The position numbers and the translations under genes are program-made. From positions 1-64,000 of the forward strand of contig CAWIEK010000024.1 of NCBI GenBank assembly GCA_963835065.1: 64,000 nucleotides of DNA, read 5' to 3'. The stretch comes from an uncultured Chthonomonadaceae bacterium. GTDB lineage: Bacteria > Armatimonadota > Chthonomonadetes > Chthonomonadales > Chthonomonadaceae. The notes below the pieces were generated by a model. The model was given only the letters and a program-made list of their open reading frames with translations. It did no database searches and was not told the DNA's origin. Shown piece after piece: positions 57,495 through 64,000 of the stretch. Positions within the stretch are counted from its first letter, which is position 1, and every line of letters starts with the position of its first letter.

Positions 57495-58739
57495 ATGGCT
57501 ATTGACGAAAAGCGTCTGAATGAATTAAATACCGAGTCCATGAACGCGCAGGGCATACAGGTTGACGCCCTTGACGACCAGACGATGGTAGTCAACATGG
57601 GGCCGCAGCATCCGAGTACGCACGGCGTTTTGCGCGTGGTTCTGGAACTCGACGGTGAGGTAATCGTCCGCGCCACGCCGCACATCGGGTATGTGCATAC
57701 CGGCATCGAAAAAGAATTGGAGTTCCAGACCTATCTGAAGGCGGTCACGCTGACAGACCGCATTGATTACGTGGCGTCCCTGCTGGAAAACGGCGCGTAC
57801 TCGCTGTCGGTTGAGAAACTGCTGGGCATTGAGATACCGCCGCGCGGGCAGGTATTGCGCGTGATGCTGATGGAACTGGAGCGCCTTGCCAGCCATCTCG
57901 TATGGCTCGGAACCCACATTCTCGATCTGGGAGCCATGACCGTCTTCTTCTACGCCTTCCAGCAGCGCGAAAAAATACTGGACTTGAAAGAGATGATTTC
58001 GGGCGTCCGCATGATGACCAGTTGGATCGTGCCGGGCGGTCTGCGCGGCGATGCCCCGGACGGGTGGCTTGCCCGCGCCAAAGACCTGGTGGACGATTTC
58101 CCCCGCGCAATGGATGAAATCGAAAACCTCTTGAGCGCCAACCCCATTTTCCGGGAGCGGACGCAGGGCGTGGGAACCATCAGCGTGGAAGACTGCCTTG
58201 CGCTTGGCGTGGCCGGCCCGACCCTGCGCGCGGCGGGCGTTCCTTACGACATCCGCAAAACGCAGCCTTACAGCGGCTACGAGCATTTCCGATTTTACGT
58301 GCCGACGGGAGAGTTCAGCGACGTTTACGACCGCTACCGCGTCCGCATGGCCGAAATGATGCAAAGCCGCGAAATCATCAAGCAGTGCATTGAAAACATG
58401 CCCACCGGCCCAATCAACAGCGATGACCGCAAAGTCGTGCCCCCGGCGCGGCAGGAACTCGACAACAGTATGGAAGCCGTCATCCACCACTTCAAGCTGT
58501 GGACGGAAGGCTTTCACCCGCCCGTTGGCGAAGCCTACGTACCCATCGAAAGCGGCAAGGGCGAAGCAGGGTACTACATTGTCAGCGACGGAACCAACCG
58601 CCCCTATCGCTGTCACCGCCGCCCCGCCAGTTTCATGAACTTGCAGGCGCTCTCGAAAATGTCCGAAGGCCGCCTGATCGCCGATGTGGTAGCCATCATC
58701 GGCAGCATTGATATTATTTTGGGTGAAATAGATCGGTAG
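57495..58739 (+). CDS. nuoD: NADH-quinone oxidoreductase subunit D
   Basis: NMGPQHPSTHGVLR; ends GEIDR. Confidence 0.97.
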   Translation: MAIDEKRLNELNTESMNAQGIQVDALDDQTMVVNMGPQHPSTHGVLRVVLELDGEVIVRATPHIGYVHTGIEKELEFQTYLKAVTLTDRIDYVASLLENGAYSLSVEKLLGIEIPPRGQVLRVMLMELERLASHLVWLGTHILDLGAMTVFFYAFQQREKILDLKEMISGVRMMTSWIVPGGLRGDAPDGWLARAKDLVDDFPRAMDEIENLLSANPIFRERTQGVGTISVEDCLALGVAGPTLRAAGVPYDIRKTQPYSGYEHFRFYVPTGEFSDVYDRYRVRMAEMMQSREIIKQCIENMPTGPINSDDRKVVPPARQELDNSMEAVIHHFKLWTEGFHPPVGEAYVPIESGKGEAGYYIVSDGTNRPYRCHRRPASFMNLQALSKMSEGRLIADVVAIIGSIDIILGEIDR

Positions 58740-58850
58740 GCATCAGGCATTAGGCATTAGGCATTAGGAAATGCCAAGTTCCTTTGTGCCAGTACAAGCA
58801 TATCAGCATCCGGGTAGTTCCTAATGCCTAATGCCTAATGCCTGATGCCT
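58737..58850. repeat. Inverted heptamer arrays (AGGCATT)n ... (AATGCCT)n
   Basis: Read directly between nuoD and nuoE; same unit as 3302-3427. Confidence 0.95.
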
Positions 58851-58860
58851 GGAGTGCCTT

Positions 58861-59499
58861 ATGTCTTCGTCTCCTTCCATCTCCGGCGGCGCGCGCGAGC
58901 CGCTGCCCATGCCGGACAAGCAGTACCATTTTTCTCCGCAGGCGATTGCCGAAATGGAAGAAATCGCCAGCCACTACCCGCAGCGCAAAGCCGCCTGCCT
59001 GCCCACGCTGTGGATCGCGCAGCGCGAATACGGTGGGTATCTGACACCCAACGCCATACAGGAAGTGGCGGACCGGCTTGGCCTGTCGTTTCAGGAAGTG
59101 GAAGGCGTCGCCACCTTTTACACGATGTACAACCTGCGCCCCGTGGGGCGGCATCATCTGGAAGTCTGTACCTGCCTGACGTGCGCCGTGTTGGGCGCGT
59201 ATGACGTGGTGCATACCCTGGAGCATGAGTTGGGCATCGGCATCGGGCAGACCACGCCGGATAAAGAGTTCACCCTGTCGGAAGCCGAGTGCCTGGATTT
59301 CTGCGGCGCGGCCACCGTAATGCAGGTCGGAGACAAGTATTTCACGAACCTGACCGCCTACAACGTGATGAACCTGATACAAGAACTGCGCCAAAGTCCC
59401 GACTTCACACCCGCCAAACTCGCCGACAGCGTCGTAAAAGTGCATATCCCCGGCGCAAGCGAAACCGGTGGCGGCAGTTTCAAACCGGAAGACATCTAA
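58861..59499 (+). CDS. nuoE: NADH-quinone oxidoreductase subunit E
   Basis: VATFYTMY; CTCLTC and ECLDFC 2Fe-2S ligands. Confidence 0.93.
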   Translation: MSSSPSISGGAREPLPMPDKQYHFSPQAIAEMEEIASHYPQRKAACLPTLWIAQREYGGYLTPNAIQEVADRLGLSFQEVEGVATFYTMYNLRPVGRHHLEVCTCLTCAVLGAYDVVHTLEHELGIGIGQTTPDKEFTLSEAECLDFCGAATVMQVGDKYFTNLTAYNVMNLIQELRQSPDFTPAKLADSVVKVHIPGASETGGGSFKPEDI

Positions 59500-59526
59500 A
59501 TAGCAGGGGTAGCGGACACAGCAGTT

Positions 59527-59988
59527 ATGAAGTCTACAGCAGATACTTACCATGATGCAGCGCAAGAACATTTGGTTACGGCTCAGGAGTTACACGAAGC
59601 AGGCAACTACTATCTATCTCACTATATTGCAGGATTAGCGGTAGAGTGCATGTTACGCGCTTTCTTACGCGCCGAAGATAAATTTGACGCGGATCATAAT
59701 CTGGCGCAGCTTGCTGAAAAAGCAAACTTTTATGAGTATATACCAACACATCAGTGGGAGCAATTCGCCGCGAAGTTTACGCAGATGAATGTGCGTTGGC
59801 GCAGCAATCATCGCTTTTTTGCGCAATCTGAGGTGAGGAGGTATCTGCGCTCTGTAGGCGCGGATGCAGGCGCAAAAGGCGACACCTTCAAGAACAATAG
59901 CCGTACCTTGTTAAATCTGGCTATCGAAGTGCTTAATCAGGGAGAAGCATCATGGCAAAAACGCAAGTCAGCTTCACAGAAGAAGTAG
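59527..59988 (+). CDS. HEPN-domain protein
   Basis: AQELHEAG..YLSHYIAGLAVECMLRA...HNL helical HEPN pattern. Confidence 0.7.
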   Translation: MKSTADTYHDAAQEHLVTAQELHEAGNYYLSHYIAGLAVECMLRAFLRAEDKFDADHNLAQLAEKANFYEYIPTHQWEQFAAKFTQMNVRWRSNHRFFAQSEVRRYLRSVGADAGAKGDTFKNNSRTLLNLAIEVLNQGEASWQKRKSASQKK

Positions 59989-60218
59989 AGCGCCTTCTTC
60001 GGGATCATTTTACAAACGCCAATGTTATCATAGGAATTAACCCCGGGGCGGAGCGTGTCAGCGGTCAACTGGTTACTCCTGACTTTATCGGCATGGAACA
60101 CATTGACCGTCAAAAAATGGTGCGTGATGTGTTGCGCAAAACGCTGAAGAAGAAAGCCGAAGGAGTGTCCATTATCCTCGCCTACACGCCGGACGAATAC
60201 GCGGCTATGTCGGCGTAA
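59952..60218 (+). CDS. Small BolA/MNT-like partner of the HEPN protein
   Basis: VTPDFIGMEHIDRQKMV...YTPDEY; overlaps the HEPN gene. Confidence 0.6.
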   Translation: MAKTQVSFTEEVERLLRDHFTNANVIIGINPGAERVSGQLVTPDFIGMEHIDRQKMVRDVLRKTLKKKAEGVSIILAYTPDEYAAMSA

Positions 60219-60257
60219 GCAACGCTAGAGTTGGAATTTCAGGCAGGAGTTGGTGTC

Positions 60258-61592
60258 ATGGCGGAATTGAATTTGTTGTTTAAGAACCGGAATGTGCCCG
60301 GTATTGAGAATATTGACGTTTATGAGGCGAACGGCGGCTATGCGGGGCTGAAAAAAGCCGTTGCAATGGAGCGGCAGGCCGTTATTGACGAAGTGAAAAC
60401 GTCCGGGCTGCGCGGGCGGGGCGGGGCGGGCTTCCCGACGTGGATCAAGTGGAACGGCCTGCCCAAAAACTACAACGCGCCGCATTATGTCATCTGCAAC
60501 GCGGATGAGGGCGAACCCGGCACGTACAAAGACCGCGAATTGATGCTGAAACTGGCGCATACGCTGGTCGAAGGCATGATTCTCGCGGGTTATGCCACGC
60601 ACAGCACAAAAGGCTATGTGTACATCCGGGGCGAGTACGTGCAGCCGGCCTGGCAGGTGCGCAAAGCCATAGATCAGGCGTATAAGGCCGGGTATCTGGG
60701 CAAAAATATCCTGGGCGTTGAGGGCTTCAACTTCGATCTGTACATTCAGATGGGCGCGGGCAGTTACGAGTGTGGCGAAGAGTCCGCGCTGATGAGCAGT
60801 CTGATGGGCGAGCGGGGCAACCCGCGTTTGAAATTCCCCCACGCGCCCCTGCCTACTGTGGAAGGCGTGTGGAAATCGCCCACGCTGATTAACAATGTCG
60901 AAACGTACTGCGCGGCAACGTGGATTCTCGCCAACGGCGGCGCGGAATACGCCAAATACGGCACGGAAAAAAGCAAGGGCAGCAAAGTGATGTCCGTATC
61001 CGGGCATGTCGCCCGTCCGGCAAATTACGAAATCGAGTTGGGAACGCCCCTGATGGAACTGCTGGACATGGCGGGCGGCGTCACGAACGGGCGCTTGAAA
61101 GCCGTGATACCGGGCGGCTCCTCGGTGCAGATTATGACCGCAGAGCAGTGCCAAAAGATCAATCTGGATTACGAAAGCTGCGCGGCGAACGGCACATTGC
61201 TTGGTTCAGGCGGCTTCATGGCGTTCAACGACCTGACCGACATTCCCCTGCTGATGAAGCGCACGGCGGAATTTTACATGCACGAATCTTGCGGCAAATG
61301 TACGCCCTGCCGCGAAGGAACGCGCTGGATTTACAAAATTCTGGATCGCGTCACATCGGGAGCCGGGCGCGACGGCGACATTGACCTTCTGCTGGATGTG
61401 TGCAGCCAGATTGACGGACGCTCGTACTGCGGTCTGGGCGACGCCGCCGCGTGGCCGATTGTCGGAGCCATCAAAGTATTCCGCCCCGAATTCGAGTATT
61501 GGATTAAAAACAAAAAATCGCCCGTCGGCCCGCGCCACGTTCCCCCAACGCCCGAAGTGGTCAACCCGCTGCTGATGCTGACGGCAGTGTAG
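60258..61592 (+). CDS. nuoF: NADH-quinone oxidoreductase subunit F
   Basis: SGLRGRGGAGFP, NADEGEPG, YECGEESAL and ESCGKCTPCREG motifs. Confidence 0.97.
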   Translation: MAELNLLFKNRNVPGIENIDVYEANGGYAGLKKAVAMERQAVIDEVKTSGLRGRGGAGFPTWIKWNGLPKNYNAPHYVICNADEGEPGTYKDRELMLKLAHTLVEGMILAGYATHSTKGYVYIRGEYVQPAWQVRKAIDQAYKAGYLGKNILGVEGFNFDLYIQMGAGSYECGEESALMSSLMGERGNPRLKFPHAPLPTVEGVWKSPTLINNVETYCAATWILANGGAEYAKYGTEKSKGSKVMSVSGHVARPANYEIELGTPLMELLDMAGGVTNGRLKAVIPGGSSVQIMTAEQCQKINLDYESCAANGTLLGSGGFMAFNDLTDIPLLMKRTAEFYMHESCGKCTPCREGTRWIYKILDRVTSGAGRDGDIDLLLDVCSQIDGRSYCGLGDAAAWPIVGAIKVFRPEFEYWIKNKKSPVGPRHVPPTPEVVNPLLMLTAV

Positions 61593-61639
61593 GAAAACAT
61601 TGTTGATGTGAACTTCCATAGCAAGAAAGGAAGCGCGAG

Positions 61640-62098
61640 ATGACAGCAACGGTTGCGAAAACGTTCCCTGCGTATCGGAATGTCGTGCAGGAGTTGGTAG
61701 AGGAGCATTTGGAACTCACAGATCAGCCCCTGCTGCTGGCTCTTTATTACGTGCCGGATCGCGACTCGAATGATATTTTCTTGTTCGAGGTGGCTGATAA
61801 GTTCGGCGGTAATCGGGTCACTGAAGAAAATGCATTTATGGAAGTAACGTTCGGAGCCAACTCGGGGTTGCGTATCGGCAAAAAGCAGCGCCTGCATTTG
61901 ATTATTACAAACCCCAATGAGCTCCGCGCAGCTATTCGGAATAAGTGGCCCGATGTTGTGGAAATTGGCAAAGCCGTAGCGCAAGAACGTTACCAACAAC
62001 TCTACGCCGCGTCTGAGGATGGAGAAAACTTGTTAAGGGACCTGCGCTATTACGCTGCGCCGGATAGGGACCTCCGATATGAACCTGCCGTCGGGTAA
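61640..62098 (+). CDS. Hypothetical protein, partner of the downstream HEPN gene
   Basis: Overlaps the next gene; LHLIITNPNEL resembles an MNT C-terminal strand-helix. Confidence 0.6.
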   Translation: MTATVAKTFPAYRNVVQELVEEHLELTDQPLLLALYYVPDRDSNDIFLFEVADKFGGNRVTEENAFMEVTFGANSGLRIGKKQRLHLIITNPNELRAAIRNKWPDVVEIGKAVAQERYQQLYAASEDGENLLRDLRYYAAPDRDLRYEPAVG

Positions 62099-62609
62099 GG
62101 TCTGGCTGCGGCAAGCGCTATCTGACTTGGAATGTGCAAAGCTTCTTGAAACAAATCCAGAACTGCGCTGCCATGCCATTGCAAAATATCAGCAGACAGT
62201 GGAGAAGGGCGTGAAAGCGTTGGCGGTTGCTGTAAGCGACAGTACGACGACGCAGATAACCATTCAGTTCAACCATGATGTCGAATCGTACATCAATGTT
62301 ATGCAGCGTCTGCCACTCAAGCGAAACTCCAACATTCCACAGCGTATTCGCAGCCTGTTCAATGTACAAGACATGAGTATTTTGTACAATCTGATTGCAC
62401 AAGCGCCGCACCGTCCTGCTGCGGGAGAAAGATACGCGCGTAATACCGAATACCCATTTCAGAATACAGAGGATGCATGGGCGGCTCCCTGTGATGCTGG
62501 TGTTTACTCCGAAGAGGAACTGAGAATGTGGGGCCGCTTGACCACAAAAATGATAAATGAGGTGGAAGCATTAGTGGGGGTTTTGTACCGCAGCAAGCGA
62601 AAACGCTGA
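62079..62609 (+). CDS. HEPN-domain protein
   Basis: WLRQALSDLECA...QQTVEKGVKAL...H...EYP. Confidence 0.72.
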   Translation: MNLPSGKVWLRQALSDLECAKLLETNPELRCHAIAKYQQTVEKGVKALAVAVSDSTTTQITIQFNHDVESYINVMQRLPLKRNSNIPQRIRSLFNVQDMSILYNLIAQAPHRPAAGERYARNTEYPFQNTEDAWAAPCDAGVYSEEELRMWGRLTTKMINEVEALVGVLYRSKRKR

Positions 62610-62808
62610 TAGCTAACCAAGCGCGTCGAATTTGTCAGCGTGTTTGACGCAAGTTGGATACCTCTTTGTTGCTTTCTGGACAAAGTTGCGGGACGGCAAC
62701 AGCACACCCGTTGTTCCTGATTATCAACCATGCCAATGTTGCCGGAAACCATTCTCTCGAACTCTGAGGTGCAAGCGGCATTGCGTCAGGCATGGCAGGA
62801 ATAGTAAC

Positions 62809-63079
62809 ATGACAGCAACATTAACATTGACGCCGGAAGCGCTTGAGGACGTGACCGCCCTCTCACTCGCCCTTTCGCTGGCGGCTGCAAACAAATGCGC
62901 TCGTGAAATTGGCCTCAACGCCAACGAGAACCTGGTTGGAATTATGTATTTGTTGGTTGATGGCGAAGATGTTTGGGAGGTCAGTTACGGACCTCTAACT
63001 GTTTCGATCAGCGCGGCGGTTTGATCATCGAAGTGAACGCCAACGACAATAGCATACGGCGCGTACTGCGGGGCAGTGA
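62809..63079 (+). pseudogene. Small hypothetical protein with apparent frameshifts
   Basis: MTATLTL...WEVSYGP, then in another frame RGGLIIEVNANDNSIRRVLRG. Confidence 0.5.
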
Positions 63080-63106
63080 ACACAAACGGGCGCGAAGGAG
63101 CAAGTT

Positions 63107-64000
63107 TTGAAGCATCAGTGGCTATATTTGAGCAATATTGATATACAAACGGAACGCCTGCAATGTGAGCAGGAGGGGCGCGATTTGTCGAGCGTGGAAG
63201 ACGAGTTCGCCCGGGTTCTGAGTCTGGATTTGGAAGACGAGGCCAATCAGCCTGCCGCCGAAGCGCTGCTGGACAAAACGATTGCACTGCCTATCAAGCC
63301 GGGTTTCAAGTACACTGAGCCATCCGACCTGGAAGGTATTCGCGCTTTGCGAACGGCGGATAAAGTCAAACTGCCTGCCCTGAAATTGAACGACGCGCAG
63401 TTGGAAGACAAGGTTTATGGGGCGTGGACGGGGCGCTGCGTGGGCTGTCTGCTTGGCAAGCCGGTGGAAGGCTGGAAGCGGCCCAAACTGTATGGCTACC
63501 TGAAAGATCTGAAGCGCTGGCCGCTTTCGGACTTCTTCCGACTGGATGTCGCTACGCCCGAAGTGAAGGAAAAGTACAAACTGGAAAGCGGATGGGCCGT
63601 CAAGTTCTTTGCGGATAAAGTCGAGTACATGCCGGAAGACGACGATACCAACTACACCACGACCGGGCTTGCCATCCTCCAGAAGTACGGGCCGAATTTC
63701 ACGCCTGCCGACGTGGGCCGCTTCTGGCTGGATAACATTCCCCTGCTCAATACCTGCACGGCGGAGCGCGTGGCCTGGCGGAATATAGACAAAGGTATTG
63801 CGCCGCCCGCAAGCGCCACGTTCCGCAATCCGTACCGGGAGTGGATCGGGGCGCAGATTCGCGCGGATTTTTGGGGCTACGCCGCTGCGGGCAATCCCGA
63901 ACTGGCGGCCACTTTTGCCTGGCGCGATGCAAGCGTGTCGCACGTCAAAAACGGCATTTACGGCGAAATGTGGGCGGCGGCCATGATCGCAGCCGCGTTT
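63107..64000 (+). CDS. ADP-ribosylglycohydrolase family protein, partial and absent from the ORF track
   Basis: TTG start after AAGGAG; YGAWTGRCVGCLLGKPVEGW, EDDDTNYT, IGAQIRAD and SHVKNGIYG motifs. Confidence 0.88.
   Translation, partial: MKHQWLYLSNIDIQTERLQCEQEGRDLSSVEDEFARVLSLDLEDEANQPAAEALLDKTIALPIKPGFKYTEPSDLEGIRALRTADKVKLPALKLNDAQLEDKVYGAWTGRCVGCLLGKPVEGWKRPKLYGYLKDLKRWPLSDFFRLDVATPEVKEKYKLESGWAVKFFADKVEYMPEDDDTNYTTTGLAILQKYGPNFTPADVGRFWLDNIPLLNTCTAERVAWRNIDKGIAPPASATFRNPYREWIGAQIRADFWGYAAAGNPELAATFAWRDASVSHVKNGIYGEMWAAAMIAAAF

Noticed and set aside
56502..58850. Repeat arrays as CRISPR
   Set aside because: Units are 6-9 nt in tandem and inverted, with no constant 23-47-nt repeat/spacer periodicity and no cas genes.
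1872..63943. Long antisense ORFs (e.g. 1872-3266, 4931-6433, 9176-10588, 29520-31577, 57525-58616, 63122-63943)
   Set aside because: Shadow frames of GC-rich genes that have clear motifs on the opposite strand.
1..64000. tRNA, rRNA, integrase or prophage genes
   Set aside because: None recognised by eye; a covariance-model scan would be needed to exclude small RNAs.

Overview
GC-rich bacterial chromosomal window, most likely Armatimonadota, inferred from two prepilin/DUF1559 H-X9-DG genes and a DUF6785-type membrane protein. From left to right it contains: a type I RM operon (hsdR-hsdM-[antitoxin/doc]-hsdS); an esterase and membrane proteins; an EEP nuclease pair; nfi; a DUF1559 pilin-like cassette beside fucI; Uma2 and a 1736-aa TPR/C39-peptidase protein; IS4 and IS605 debris; a rutE-like nitroreductase; a xyloglucan locus (GH74, DUF1559 cassette, yicI); mazEF, a DpnA-like MTase/nuclease pair and an orphan mazE copy; an M16 peptidase pair; glycosyltransferases; a cyanophycinase fusion; an Lgt-paralog / Cys-tailed membrane protein / Tes-like radical SAM operon; a GH-A hydrolase; queC; and a nuoA-C-D-E-F operon that lacks nuoB and is interleaved with HEPN cassettes. 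The most promising undescribed items are (1) the Lgt-paralog plus tetraether-synthase-like radical SAM operon, (2) a twice-present 115-nt element that follows a strong RBS and a Pro-stop mini-ORF, (3) inverted arrays of 6-9-mer repeats sitting between stop codon and next RBS, and (4) five GATC sites in the leader of a putative GATC methyltransferase. Several single-base frameshifts fall in homopolymers and may be sequencing errors. All family assignments are motif recognition from memory; no database searches were run.
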